Origin: Holophagaceae bacterium
Lineage (GTDB): Bacteria > Acidobacteriota > Holophagae > Holophagales > Holophagaceae
DNA: 50,129 bases
NCBI GenBank assembly: GCA_043784905.1
Contig: JAYVXV010000108.1
Location: forward strand, 1 to 50,129
Direction of reading: 5' to 3'
The notes beneath the pieces are model-generated. The model saw only the letters and a list, made by a program, of their open reading frames with translations, searched no databases and was not told where the DNA came from. This document shows positions 1-9,688 of this stretch, one piece after another. Each line of letters starts with the position of its first letter. Position 1 is the first letter of the stretch. Position numbers and translations under genes: made by a program.

Positions 1-1
1 G

Positions 2-103
2 GTGGACGCCAAGACTGACGTCAAGACGAACGTCAAAACTGACTCCAAAGCAAATGACAAGCCCGGCAAGACGGACGGCGAACAGCCGAAAAAGAAGGAC
101 TGA
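2..103 (+). CDS. 3' end of an upstream CDS (partial at window edge), product unknown
   Basis: The frame is open from the window edge and reads VDAKTDVKTNVKTDSKANDKPGKTDGEQPKKKD, then TGA at 101-103. Only a Lys/Asp/Thr-rich tail is visible. The next same-strand gene starts 6 nt later. Confidence 0.35.
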   Translation: MDAKTDVKTNVKTDSKANDKPGKTDGEQPKKKD

Positions 104-109
104 GATCCC

Positions 110-1561
110 ATGAAAACGCCCTCATCTATTTCCGTCTTTCTACTGATGTTGAGTCTCGTGGCGATGCCCGCATTCGCGCAGGTCCAACCTCTTGCCAAAC
201 CCATGGTTCCGAAGGGGAGCCTTGCGAATCTTCCAGATCCCAAAAGCCTCATCACTGGGAAACAAGAAGCCCGCGTCCCCGAAATTCAGCGATTTGAATT
301 GGCCAATGGTCTCAAGGTGTTGTACCTCCAGGACAAGACCGTGCCGGTGTTCAGCGGGGTGCTGGCCATGAAGGCCGGAGGTCTGGAAGATGCCAAAGAC
401 AAGGAGGGCCTTGCCTCGATGACCGCCAAGCTCCTGCGTGCCGGAGGCACCGATCGCGTTTTTTGGAGTCAGCAAGATGAGTCACTAGAATCTCGTGGCG
501 CCTCGGTGGAATTTCAAGCCACCAAGGAATACACCAGCGCTTCCATCCATTGTTTTGATCGCGATGCCGGAGTGGTTCTTGAACAGGTGGCGGGGATGTT
601 GGAAACACCCTCTTTCTACGCCCCCCGAGTGGAGTTCGTACGTGGACAGATGCTAGCGGACGTGAAGCAGGTAGAGGACCAGCCCATCCAGCTGGCCCTT
701 AGATCCTTTCAGGCCCTGCTATTTGAAGGAGGGTCCTTTGGGCGGTTTCCTACAGAAACGAGCTTGAAGGCCATCACCCATGAAGACATCACATCCTTCG
801 CCAAGACTTGGTATCACCCAGATCAGGCGGTATTGGCGGTGTCCTGCAGCCTAGACCTAGAATCAACCAAGAAGCTGCTCACGCAGGCCCTGGGGCAATG
901 GCGCCGAGGTACTGGCACTTCACCAGTGCGCGGTGCGCATAAATCCTGGGCCAAACCCGGCCTCTACCTGCGCCCCAAGACTGGTCTGACCCAAAGCACG
1001 GTACTCGCGGGAATGCCTTGGCTGCGTGAAGATGATCCCGATTCAGTGGCCCTGAACGCCGCCCTCAACGTCCTGGGTGAGAGTGGCCTTACCAGCCGTA
1101 TCTTCAACTCCGTGCGCACCCGCGAAGGCCTGGCTTATGCCGCCGGTAGCTTCCATCTCGATGCCGTCAGCACCGACGGGGCTTTCATGGCCTATGCCCT
1201 TACCAAAGCGGAGAGCACCGCCAAGGCCGCGACGCTGCTGAAAGCCGAAGTGGAACGCATGGTCAAAGATGGACTCACCCAAGAAGAACTGGATGACACC
1301 AAGCGATCCCTCTCCCAAAAGGCTCTCTTTGATAGCGTGACCACCGCCGATATCCTGGACCGCGCTGCGCAACTGGAACTGTTCGGTCGCCCCCAAGACA
1401 CCTACGTCAAGCGGCTGGAAAAGCTGCAGGCCCTCACCCTGGCGGAGGTCCACGGGGCAATTAAGCGCCACCTGAAATCCAGCGAGCTGCGCGTTTTCGC
1501 CCTCGCCGATCCCAAGGCCGCCCAACTGGATCAACTCGGCCCCGTGACCCAAGTGAAGTGA
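110..1561 (+). CDS. M16 (insulinase/pitrilysin) family peptidase-like protein, secreted, predicted non-catalytic
   Basis: 483-aa ORF with signal peptide MKTPSSISVFLLMLSLVAMPAFA and a two-lobed M16-like layout. Where the HxxEH zinc motif should be, it reads GLASMTAKLLRAGG. Confidence 0.8.
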   Translation: MKTPSSISVFLLMLSLVAMPAFAQVQPLAKPMVPKGSLANLPDPKSLITGKQEARVPEIQRFELANGLKVLYLQDKTVPVFSGVLAMKAGGLEDAKDKEGLASMTAKLLRAGGTDRVFWSQQDESLESRGASVEFQATKEYTSASIHCFDRDAGVVLEQVAGMLETPSFYAPRVEFVRGQMLADVKQVEDQPIQLALRSFQALLFEGGSFGRFPTETSLKAITHEDITSFAKTWYHPDQAVLAVSCSLDLESTKKLLTQALGQWRRGTGTSPVRGAHKSWAKPGLYLRPKTGLTQSTVLAGMPWLREDDPDSVALNAALNVLGESGLTSRIFNSVRTREGLAYAAGSFHLDAVSTDGAFMAYALTKAESTAKAATLLKAEVERMVKDGLTQEELDDTKRSLSQKALFDSVTTADILDRAAQLELFGRPQDTYVKRLEKLQALTLAEVHGAIKRHLKSSELRVFALADPKAAQLDQLGPVTQVK

Positions 1562-1574
1562 GACCGGGTTGCAC

Positions 1575-1719
1575 TCGAAAAGATAAAAAGAACCTGGAAC
1601 CACAGATTCCGCAGATGATACAGGTTTGCATTCAAAAAAATCCAAATTCACCCCCCAAGATTCCTCGGCTTTGAATCTGCGTAAATCTGCGGAATCTGCG
1701 GTTTCTTTTGTCATTTTGA
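1575..1719. repeat. Word-arm palindromic intergenic element (words CCRCAGAT / ATCTGCGG)
   Basis: The left arm tcgaaaagataaaaagaacctggaaccacagattccgcagatgatacagg (1575-1623) is the imperfect reverse complement of the right arm gaatctgcgtaaatctgcggaatctgcggtttcttttgtcattttga (1673-1719). It lies between convergent stops at 1561 and 1733. Confidence 0.75.
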
Positions 1720-1732
1720 ACCCGATTTGGCA

Positions 1733-3814
1733 CTAGCTGATCGCCGGGCGCTTGGGCAGATCCAGACTGAACCTGCTGCCTTGGGCCAGAGGTTTGAAAA
1801 AGGCCTCGCCCCCATGGTCTTCGGCGGTCTTGCGAACGATGGCGAGGCCGAGCCCCGAACCCCTTTCTTTGGTGGAAAAGCTGGGTTCAAACAGATGGTC
1901 CCGATGAGCTTCTGCAACACCTGAGCCATCGTCTTCTACGAAAATGCGCACGTTTCCATTGCGCTCGGTCAGGCCCACTCGAATGGTTCCACGGCCCCCG
2001 GTCGCGGCCACCGCGTTGTCCACCAGATTGATGAGCGCGCCCTTCACCATGTCGCCATCCCAATGGACCGAAACCGCATGCTCCGGAATCTCCCAGGCCC
2101 AGCGGATATCGGGGTGCGTGGGCCCGTACAGCGCCTTGGCTTGACGCATCAGATCACATGCGTCCAGATCCGTGGGATGGGGCGCGGGCAGGCGGGCGAA
2201 TCGGCTGAAGGCATCCACGAGCCGCGTCAGGCTGGCGACTTCCGTAAGGATGGCTTCGGCGCCCTGCTGCACAATTTCTCCGTCCAGGCGATTTTCCTTC
2301 ACGCGCCGCAGGAGCCGCTGGGCCGTGAGTTGGATGGGGGTCAGGGGATTCTTTACCTCGTGAGCCATGCGCCGTGCGACCTCTTGCCAAGCGGCACGTT
2401 TTTCAGCCTGCGCCAACAGGGAGAGATCCTCCAGCACCGCCAGGGCGCCGCCGCCCACTGGCATCGTCGCGCCGCCCACCACCAGCGGCGCTACGATGGC
2501 ACGCACGAGACGACTCTCGCCTTCGCCGCCCAGGCGCATTTCCTCTTGCTGGATGCGACCGGTCCCACGGGCTAGCGTGAGGAGCTGCGGGAGCCGCCCT
2601 AGCCGGGGCTGTCTCTCCAACTCCGTCCATGCATCGTGATTCGGATCAAAGGATTCGAGGCCAAGCCATCTTCGCGCTGCTGGATTCACCAGGCGCAATT
2701 GCCCAGCGTTGTCCCAACTCAGGACGCCCACGGGCAAGGCTTCCAGCAGCTGTCCCAAATAGGCGCGCTGTTGATCCAACCGCGCGCTCTGCGCTTCGAT
2801 GGCGGCGCGATTGGCTTTCAAATCGGAGGTCATGCGATTAAAGGTGCGCGCCAAAAAAGCCAGTTCGTCCTCGCCTTCTTCAGGCAGCTGCACGTCGAGA
2901 TCCCCGGTGCCCACGCGCTGAGCGGCTTTGGCCAAGGCGCGGATGGGCTCCGAAAGGGTCCTGGCGATGGCGAGGCCGGTCCACACCGCCGCGAAAAGCG
3001 TAAGCACCGTGAGAAATAAAAAAGTGCTTTGCGGCAGTGTTTCGAGCACGCCACGGGTCTGACTCACCTGGATGGATTCCGCAGAGCGCTTCTCCAATCG
3101 CAGCATCCCATCGGCCACCACGCGGGGCACGAAGACGCCCGCCACCACGCGGTTTCCATTGCGATCCAGAGCCTTCATGAACCATTGGCCTTCCTCGGAT
3201 TCCAATGATGAAACGGTTGAATCAGGGCTTCCGGCCAACGCGATCAGCGGAGTCTTGAGGCTCTTGGTTATGGACGTTATTTCCCCCGACATTAGAAGGT
3301 CCAGGCCCTCGGTCTGTCGTAGACTTTCCAGCTCCGTCAAATCTGCGGTCCGCAGGTGAAGCACCGAAACTTCAAGTCTTGCACTCACCTGCGCATGAAA
3401 TGCTTTTGCAGTGGCTTGGCCATCTTCAATGATCTCCCGCGTTTCGGGTCGGAACCATCGGTCCAGGTTCTTGGTGATGGCGCTTTGGCCTACGAAGAAA
3501 AGAATCAGGCTTGGTACGAGCGTCACGCCGAAAAAGGCCAGCACCAGGCGCGTTCGCAACCGCGCGCCAAGAATCCCACGGCGGCGCTCGAAGTAGAGCT
3601 TGGCCAGGGACCGCGCCACGATAAACAGTAGGATGCCGATGGCAAGCACGTTTAGAAGGCCCAAGGAAACCAGCGCCCAGCGCGAAGGCGCGTCAATGCC
3701 CCCGCTCACCTTGTCGCTCAGCAGCTTGTAGGCCTTGAAGATCATCCACACCAACACCGCGAGGCCCGCCGCAGCGTAGAGCCGCGTCAGCTCGCGGTCG
3801 CGTTGGAGGGTCAC
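1733..3814 (-). CDS. Sensor histidine kinase, NtrY-like (TM-HAMP-PAS-HisKA-HATPase)
   Basis: 693-aa ORF with N-terminal TM segments, a HAMP-like linker (GDLDVQLPEEGEDELAFLARTFNRM) and the H-box MAHEVKNPLTPI. The C-terminal ATPase boxes are NLVDNAV and GSGLGLAIV. No response regulator gene is adjacent. Confidence 0.85.
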   Translation of the reverse strand: MTLQRDRELTRLYAAAGLAVLVWMIFKAYKLLSDKVSGGIDAPSRWALVSLGLLNVLAIGILLFIVARSLAKLYFERRRGILGARLRTRLVLAFFGVTLVPSLILFFVGQSAITKNLDRWFRPETREIIEDGQATAKAFHAQVSARLEVSVLHLRTADLTELESLRQTEGLDLLMSGEITSITKSLKTPLIALAGSPDSTVSSLESEEGQWFMKALDRNGNRVVAGVFVPRVVADGMLRLEKRSAESIQVSQTRGVLETLPQSTFLFLTVLTLFAAVWTGLAIARTLSEPIRALAKAAQRVGTGDLDVQLPEEGEDELAFLARTFNRMTSDLKANRAAIEAQSARLDQQRAYLGQLLEALPVGVLSWDNAGQLRLVNPAARRWLGLESFDPNHDAWTELERQPRLGRLPQLLTLARGTGRIQQEEMRLGGEGESRLVRAIVAPLVVGGATMPVGGGALAVLEDLSLLAQAEKRAAWQEVARRMAHEVKNPLTPIQLTAQRLLRRVKENRLDGEIVQQGAEAILTEVASLTRLVDAFSRFARLPAPHPTDLDACDLMRQAKALYGPTHPDIRWAWEIPEHAVSVHWDGDMVKGALINLVDNAVAATGGRGTIRVGLTERNGNVRIFVEDDGSGVAEAHRDHLFEPSFSTKERGSGLGLAIVRKTAEDHGGEAFFKPLAQGSRFSLDLPKRPAIS

Positions 3815-3885
3815 CGCGCGGCCCTGGTTTCGCCAGAAAATGGATCGAGGTGGGACATGATGCGAAGGCGATTCATGGAGTCAGC

Positions 3886-4302
3886 CTAACCCAGCTCATG
3901 GCGGTAGAGCACGGCGTCCTCGCCGTCCTTGTAGTAGGCCTTCCGCAGGCCGTCCGGCTTCCACCCGAGAGATTCGTACAAGGCCCGTGCGGAGGCATTG
4001 GAGACACGGACTTCCAGCCGAAGGGTGCGGATGCCGAGCCTCCCCATTTGCGCTTCACAAGCCCCGAGCAAGTGTCGCCCAAGGCCTTGCCTGCGGAGAC
4101 CTTGATTCACGGCGACCCGCAGCAGTTCGGCCTCGAATGCGGCAGGAATCACGGACCAGATCGCGAAGGCTTCCCGTTCAAGGCCCCAGGCCATTTCATG
4201 CCCCGCTAGTGAGCCCCAAGGTTCGCCGAAACTGCTTCGGTCCAGGTCTTCCATCCAGGCGGGCGCTTCGGAGCCGGAGCCAAGCTGGATCAGGTTCTTC
4301 AT
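3886..4302 (-). CDS. rimI: Ribosomal-protein-alanine N-acetyltransferase (GNAT)
   Basis: Carries the GNAT acetyl-CoA motif RRQGLGRHLL. The ATG at 4300-4302 overlaps the tsaB stop (ATGA). The longer ORF start at 4434 would overlap tsaB by about 135 nt. The tsaB-rimI pairing is typical synteny. Confidence 0.8.
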   Translation of the reverse strand: MKNLIQLGSGSEAPAWMEDLDRSSFGEPWGSLAGHEMAWGLEREAFAIWSVIPAAFEAELLRVAVNQGLRRQGLGRHLLGACEAQMGRLGIRTLRLEVRVSNASARALYESLGWKPDGLRKAYYKDGEDAVLYRHELG

Positions 4303-4994
4303 CGTGCGATGCCCTTGCGCAGGGCATCGGGAAGGTGGGCCGAGGCTAATGGGAAATTCAGTTCGGCATCGGTCTCGCGAAGGTAAAACGGATGGATCGG
4401 CGCTTCGGGTTCGAGCTTTGGTAATTCGCGGCAAAGGGCCGCCAATGCTGCCAAGGTTGCCTGACCCTCATCTTCAATCTGAATAGGATGCGCAAGATGC
4501 TCCGTGAGCTTTGGGAGTAGGCTCGCAGGTGCCCACCAAGCCTCGTCTCCAATGATTTCTTTCAGCTGTGGGAAGGGCAGTTTATGGGCCTCATTCATGG
4601 CCACTGTCCCATTCCATCGCTGGATAAAGGCCTCATTGCGCTGGCCATCCAGGAGCACCCACACGGGCCCGGTGAGGCCGCTTTCTCTCAGTGCGTAGGC
4701 TCGCAATTCAAAAGATGAAAATCCCCAGGTAGGCAGCCCCGTGAGCGCCAGCCCTTCGGCAGTAGCCACGCCAATGCGCAGGCTCGTGAAGCCACCGGGT
4801 CCCGCGCAGCAACAGACACCGCTCAAGTCCTTCGGAGTCCCGCCAACCTCGTCCACCAAGGCGTTCAAAGCGGGCAATAGAGCCCCGCTGTGGCTGCGCC
4901 CAATGCCGACTACCACCCGTTTGGTCCAGGTACGCTCCTGGTCCACCAGGGCCAAGTGGAGTATTTCTGTCGCGGTGTCGAGGCCGAGGATCAT
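4299..4994 (-). CDS. tsaB: tRNA threonylcarbamoyladenosine biosynthesis protein TsaB (YeaZ)
   Basis: 231 aa with N-terminus MILGLDTATEILHLALVD, typical of the TsaB/YeaZ ASKHA fold. It is followed by rimI. Confidence 0.85.
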   Translation of the reverse strand: MILGLDTATEILHLALVDQERTWTKRVVVGIGRSHSGALLPALNALVDEVGGTPKDLSGVCCCAGPGGFTSLRIGVATAEGLALTGLPTWGFSSFELRAYALRESGLTGPVWVLLDGQRNEAFIQRWNGTVAMNEAHKLPFPQLKEIIGDEAWWAPASLLPKLTEHLAHPIQIEDEGQATLAALAALCRELPKLEPEAPIHPFYLRETDAELNFPLASAHLPDALRKGIAR

Positions 4995-5002
4995 TGGGGG
5001 TC

Positions 5003-5064
5003 TGAGGTACGAGGCGTGAGGTATGAGGGGTGAGGAAGCATCATCCGAGAGTATCGCCTCATCC
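5003..5064. repeat. Word-arm element, weak copy (words GAGGTAYGAGG)
   Basis: The left arm tgaggtacgaggcgtgaggtatgaggggtgagg (5003-5035) nearly matches the reverse complement of the right arm of the 20543-20617 copy. Only a short complementary right arm, cgcctcatcc (5055-5064), is present. Confidence 0.45.
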
Positions 5065-5069
5065 TAACG

Positions 5070-5095
5070 AAAAGGCGGCCCAGGGCCGCCTTTTC
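5070..5095. terminator. Bidirectional intrinsic terminator downstream of rpmB
   Basis: The sequence aaaaggcggcc-cag-ggccgcctttt forms a 7-bp GC stem (5074-5080 / 5084-5090). An A-run and a T-run flank it, so a U-tract follows the hairpin on either strand. Confidence 0.65.
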
Positions 5096-5112
5096 AAGGG
5101 ATTGAGAAAAAT

Positions 5113-5364
5113 TTAAACGGCAGAGGGGTTCGCGGGCTTGGTGGGCTTGACTCTGCTGGCGGTGTTGAGGCCTCGCGGGGCTTTGACGACCTTGCCAGCT
5201 TGCAGGCAAGACGTGCAGACGCGGAGCTTCTTAGCAACGCCGTTGACGAGGGCGCGAGCGTTCTGGAGATTCGGGTTCCACCGGCGCTTGGTGATGTTGT
5301 TGGCATGGGAAACGTTGTTCCCGAATTGGGGCTTCTTGCCGCAAATCTCGCACTGACGGGACAT
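5113..5364 (-). CDS. rpmB: 50S ribosomal protein L28
   Basis: 83 aa beginning [34 protein letters not shown], the canonical L28 N-terminus. Confidence 0.95.
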   Translation of the reverse strand: MSRQCEICGKKPQFGNNVSHANNITKRRWNPNLQNARALVNGVAKKLRVCTSCLQAGKVVKAPRGLNTASRVKPTKPANPSAV

Positions 5365-5472
5365 GGGAACCTCGGATAGACGTCGGATAAACGAACAAAA
5401 ACGCTAAGGCAAAGCAAGGTATTGCAGAAGGAGTAGTCTACCAACTTCCCATCACTTTTCAAGGAAGAATTC

Positions 5473-6297
5473 ATGAATGCCGCCACCCTCGCCCTGGCTT
5501 TTGCGGTGCTCCCCTGGAGGGAGCGCGACAAGGCCCAGCTTTGGGAATCCTTCCAGCTAGGTGATCCAGTGCTGACCGAAGAGGCCCGCGCCGATTTGAA
5601 ATCCTTGGATATTCCGCGATTTCGTGGTGAAGCGGAGCGTTGGAATGCCCAGTTGATGTTGCCCGGAGATGAAGGAACGGCGGGCTTTTTCGAGCCATTG
5701 CCCTATCCCGTGGCCCTTTGGGTCCGGGGTACCTTGCCACCTGCGCCGCCCAACCATTCGATCGCCATGGTGGGGACCCGCAGCCCGAGTTTTCAAGGTC
5801 GGGAAAGGGCGCGAAACTGGGCTCGGAAGCTCACAGAATCCGGCATTCCCATCGTCTCGGGGCTGGCCCGGGGCATTGATGGTGCCGCCCATCAAGGTGC
5901 GTTGGAGGCAGGCGCCACCTGGGGAATCATGGGCTCGGGCCTGGAGCATCCCTACCCGAAAGAACACACTCGATTAATGGACCGCATGGTGGAGGCAGGT
6001 GGCGGTGTCATCACCCCCTTCCCGCCCGAAGCCGCGCCACTCAAGTGGCACTTCCCCCGCCGAAACCTGCTGCTGGCGGCCTGGTGCCAAGGTGTCCTGG
6101 TCATCGAAGCCAAGCTAAAAAGTGGCTCCCTGGTCACCGCCAAGCTCGCTTTGGATCACGGCAAAGATCTCTGGGTGGTGCCCGGCAGCCCAGAAGATCC
6201 TCTGGCTGAGGGGCCAAATGCGATGCTGCGGGAGGGCGCCGCACGGATCTGCCGATCGCCCGAAGACCTGCTGGAAGACTTGGGGGGATTGCTTTGA
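5473..6297 (+). CDS. dprA: DNA processing protein DprA (short form)
   Basis: Contains the Rossmann-like DprA core: IAMVGTRSPS, GIPIVSGLARGIDGAAHQGALEAG and VVPGSP. At 274 aa it has no long N-terminal SAM domain. Confidence 0.85.
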   Translation: MNAATLALAFAVLPWRERDKAQLWESFQLGDPVLTEEARADLKSLDIPRFRGEAERWNAQLMLPGDEGTAGFFEPLPYPVALWVRGTLPPAPPNHSIAMVGTRSPSFQGRERARNWARKLTESGIPIVSGLARGIDGAAHQGALEAGATWGIMGSGLEHPYPKEHTRLMDRMVEAGGGVITPFPPEAAPLKWHFPRRNLLLAAWCQGVLVIEAKLKSGSLVTAKLALDHGKDLWVVPGSPEDPLAEGPNAMLREGAARICRSPEDLLEDLGGLL

Positions 6298-6430
6298 ATT
6301 GAATGTGAACAAATTTCTTCCCCCTACGGGGGAATGGAAGGGAACCTGACCGAATGGGCTTGACAAGGCTCCGGTCCCAGGGTCCATCATCCAAACCTTT
6401 GAAACACCGCCACCCCAGTCGGAGTCTCCC

Positions 6431-8887
6431 TTGACCAAGCTCGTCATCGTCGAAAGCCCCTCGAAGGCCAAAACCATCACCAAGTACCTGGGCAAGGGCT
6501 ACACGGTGAAGGCCTCCGTGGGCCATATCCGGGATCTGCCTAAAAAGTTGGGCGTGGACATCGAAAACGGGTTTCAAGAAGAGTATGAAATCAGCCCCGC
6601 CAAAGCCAAGGTGGTGGCGGAGTTGCGAGCTGCGGCCAAAGGCGCTGATGAGCTCATTCTCGCGACCGACCCCGACCGCGAAGGGGAGGCCATTTCCTGG
6701 CATTTATTAGAGGCCATCAAACCGCCCAAATCCCTGCCCGTGTCGCGAGTTCTTTTCAACGAAATTACCCCTGCGGGTATCCAAAAAGCCATGGCCAATC
6801 CCACGGTCATCAATAAGAAGTTAGTGGACGCCCAAAGGGCCCGCCGGGTGCTGGATCGTTTGGTGGGCTACAAGGTCAGCCAGGTGCTCTGGGACAAAGT
6901 ACGGCGCGGGCTCTCCGCTGGCCGTGTGCAGAGTGTCGCGGCGCGGCTCATCGTGGATCGCGAGCGGGAAATCCTAGCTTTCAATCCGGTGGAATTTTGG
7001 GTACTCAAGGCGAAATTCGCCGCCAAGCTGCCGCCGCACTTTTGGATGCGATTGGTGAAGCTCAGCGGTCAGGCGCTTCAGCTTGGCAACAAGGAAACCA
7101 AACGCCGCGTGGAAAACGAAAAGCAGGCCCACAACCTGCGTGACCAGATCTTGAAAGCCCCGTGGAAAGTGACGGGACTTGAAACCAAAGAGAAAAAACG
7201 CAATCCAGCACCGCCGTTCACCACGGCGCGTTTGCAGCAGGAAGCCGCGCAGAAGCTCAAGATGAGCGTCAGCCGAACCATGCAGAACGCTCAAAAGCTC
7301 TACGAGGGCATGGATTTCGGCGAAGGTCCGATTGGTCTCATTACCTACATGAGAACGGACTCTCCGCGCCTTGCTCCCGAAGCCATTGAGGCCACCCGCG
7401 AGTTCATCGCCAAGAAATTCGGCAAAGAGTATTTGCCCGCCAAGGCCCGGATCTACAGTGGCAAAGCGGGCGCCCAGGACGCTCATGAGGCCATCCGACC
7501 CACGGACATGACCCGCACGCCGGAATCCCTGCGCACCCATTTAGAGCCCGATCATTTCAGGCTCTATGCGCTGATCTGGCGGCGCACCATGGCCTCTCAG
7601 ATGGAGGCCGCGCGCTTCGACGAAACCGTCGTTGCTGCCGCAACGGCATTGGACAATGGCGAAGAAGCCATGTTTGAAGCCAAGGGTGAGATCGAACGGT
7701 TTCCGGGTTGGTTGGCGGTCTACCGTGCGGACGCGACGGAACAAAAGGCCGAAGCCATCGCAGACGCCACGAAGACCGAGGGAGAAGAGGAAGAAGAAAA
7801 CATCGGCCTGCCCCCGTTGGAGCTGGGCGAAACCCTGAACCTCGAAACCCTTGAAACCGATCAGCAATTCACCAAACCCCCCGCTCGCTTTAACGAAGGC
7901 ACTTTGGTGAAAGAGTTGGAAGAGGATGGCATTGGCCGCCCCTCCACCTACGCCAGCATCATCTCCACGATTCAAGACCGTGACTACGTCAAAAAGCATG
8001 AAGGACGCTTTAAACCGACTGAACTGGGCATGGTGGTCACAGACCTACTTGTGCAGGGCTTTCCAGAGCTGATGGACCCTAAATATACCAGCGGTCTCGA
8101 AGCGAATCTGGATCGGGTGGAGGAGGGCGCCATTACCTTTCTGAAGGCCATGAAGGATTTTTATGGACCCTTTGAAACGGCACTGGCCAACGCGGGCAAA
8201 GACATGCAGAACCTCAAGGCCGGAGTGCCCTCCGGCGAGCGTTGTCCAAAGTGTTCAGCGCCGCTATTGAAGCGCATCGGAAAGAATGGGCTCTTCATCG
8301 GGTGTTCAAACTATTCCACCGAGGTGAAGTGCGACTACACCGCCGAAGTCGAGGCCATGGATGAACCCGAGGACGCGCCGGAATGTCCACTCTGCGGCTC
8401 CACACCCATGTCCCTCCGCAAAGGACAATGGGGGCCTTTTTGGGCCTGCACTAATTATCCAAAATGCAAAGGTATCCGTAAGGCTGACCCCAAAGGCATC
8501 CCCATTCCTGCGGACGTTCCCATTGGCGAGAAATGCCCCACCTGCGGCAAGGATTTCGTCAAGCGACATGGGCGTTACGGCGAATTCATCTGCTGCGTGG
8601 ACTATCCCACCTGCAAGACCGTGAAGAAGGAAATCCTGGGCATTCCTTGTCCTAAGGATGGTGGTGATCTGAGTCCCCGCAAGACTCGCTTCGGAAAGAT
8701 TTTCTATGGCTGTACCAACTATCCTAAATGTGACTTTACTGCCTGGGACAAACCTGTGGCTCGCACCTGCCCCAAATGCAAGAGTCCCTATATGACCGAA
8801 AAGCAACGCAAGCCCCGTGGCAAGGATCCCATCATGGTCCTGCTCTGCCCCAACCCAGCCTGCAAGTATGAAGAGCCCATGGGATGA
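6431..8887 (+). CDS. topA: DNA topoisomerase I
   Basis: TTG start with GGAG at 6421-6424. TOPRIM N-terminus KLVIVESPSKAKTITKYLG. 818 aa with a C-terminal series of zinc-ribbon repeats (CPKCSA..GCSNY, CPLCGS..CTNYPKC, CPTCGK..CVDYPTC, CPKCKS..CPNPAC). Confidence 0.95.
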   Translation: MTKLVIVESPSKAKTITKYLGKGYTVKASVGHIRDLPKKLGVDIENGFQEEYEISPAKAKVVAELRAAAKGADELILATDPDREGEAISWHLLEAIKPPKSLPVSRVLFNEITPAGIQKAMANPTVINKKLVDAQRARRVLDRLVGYKVSQVLWDKVRRGLSAGRVQSVAARLIVDREREILAFNPVEFWVLKAKFAAKLPPHFWMRLVKLSGQALQLGNKETKRRVENEKQAHNLRDQILKAPWKVTGLETKEKKRNPAPPFTTARLQQEAAQKLKMSVSRTMQNAQKLYEGMDFGEGPIGLITYMRTDSPRLAPEAIEATREFIAKKFGKEYLPAKARIYSGKAGAQDAHEAIRPTDMTRTPESLRTHLEPDHFRLYALIWRRTMASQMEAARFDETVVAAATALDNGEEAMFEAKGEIERFPGWLAVYRADATEQKAEAIADATKTEGEEEEENIGLPPLELGETLNLETLETDQQFTKPPARFNEGTLVKELEEDGIGRPSTYASIISTIQDRDYVKKHEGRFKPTELGMVVTDLLVQGFPELMDPKYTSGLEANLDRVEEGAITFLKAMKDFYGPFETALANAGKDMQNLKAGVPSGERCPKCSAPLLKRIGKNGLFIGCSNYSTEVKCDYTAEVEAMDEPEDAPECPLCGSTPMSLRKGQWGPFWACTNYPKCKGIRKADPKGIPIPADVPIGEKCPTCGKDFVKRHGRYGEFICCVDYPTCKTVKKEILGIPCPKDGGDLSPRKTRFGKIFYGCTNYPKCDFTAWDKPVARTCPKCKSPYMTEKQRKPRGKDPIMVLLCPNPACKYEEPMG

Positions 8888-9012
8888 GGTAGGTAGCCGT
8901 TCGGCGTTGTCCCCGCAATGGCCGTCCGGCATTCGGAGCCCTAATTGAATCGCCAGCGTTCTTCTAGCGTTTCGGTTGGGGCTCTTAAAATCCAATACCA
9001 GATGAGGAGCCC

Positions 9013-9597
9013 ATGTCCCCCACGCGCCTGGAAGCATTCAGCGATGGCGTGTTGGCCATCCTTATCACCATCATGGTTCTGGAATTCAAGGTGCCGAAAG
9101 AGGCAACCTTGGCGGGACTCTGCGAGATGGCACCGACGTTCCTCAGTTACTTGCTGAGCTTCACGGTGGTGGCGATCTACTGGATGAATCATCACCACCT
9201 GATCCATAGGGTGCGCCATGTGTCGGGGCCACTGATGTGGGCCAATGCGCACCTGCTTTTTTGCTTGTCCTTCGTTCCCTTTGCCACGGCCTACCTGGGT
9301 GCCCATCATGACCAACCGTTTGGTGTTGCGGTCTACGGCGCGGTGTCGTTGGCCTGCGGGCTGGCGTGGCTGCCGCTGCTATTGATGATCGTTCGGCCCA
9401 AGGACCGGGCCCTTCACCTGTCCGCACCGAACCGACGCATGGTGAATAAAAATATCCTCGGTTGCGTCATTGTGGGCATTTCGATTCCTCTTGCGTTTTT
9501 TTTCAAAAATCTGGCGATGGCCCTCCTGGTCCTACCGCCTGTTATGTATTTTTTGCCTGAGAAGTGGCTGGAGACCCCTGTTTCTCCCGGCGATTAG
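9013..9597 (+). CDS. TMEM175/DUF1211 family membrane protein (putative K+ channel)
   Basis: Carries the signature RLEAFSDGVLAILITIMVLE at the N-terminus and about 6 hydrophobic segments. Confidence 0.8.
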   Translation: MSPTRLEAFSDGVLAILITIMVLEFKVPKEATLAGLCEMAPTFLSYLLSFTVVAIYWMNHHHLIHRVRHVSGPLMWANAHLLFCLSFVPFATAYLGAHHDQPFGVAVYGAVSLACGLAWLPLLLMIVRPKDRALHLSAPNRRMVNKNILGCVIVGISIPLAFFFKNLAMALLVLPPVMYFLPEKWLETPVSPGD

Positions 9598-9688
9598 GAG
9601 CCGCGACTTAAACTTTGCAATTCAGGTTATTTTGCTTTGGCCCTAAGGGTGGCCCGCAACCCTGGGAACGAAGTTTTTTCGCAACGGC

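Noticed and set aside
1043-1714. Numerous 60-260-aa ORFs antisense to or nested in the called genes (for example 1043-1714, 6134-6703, 8306-9037, 12284-12979, 19110-19562, 25206-25763, 42038-42730, 42962-43741, 45215-45784, and the plus-strand ORFs across 47700-49900)
   Set aside because: All overlap strongly supported genes on the other strand or in another frame. They have Arg/Gly/Pro/His-biased composition and no motifs, which is the expected background for a high-GC genome.
6360-6390. Sigma-70-like promoter upstream of topA (TTGACA at 6360-6365)
   Set aside because: The best -10 candidates (tccatc, catcat) are poor and their spacing is 17-19 nt. There is not enough evidence to annotate a promoter.
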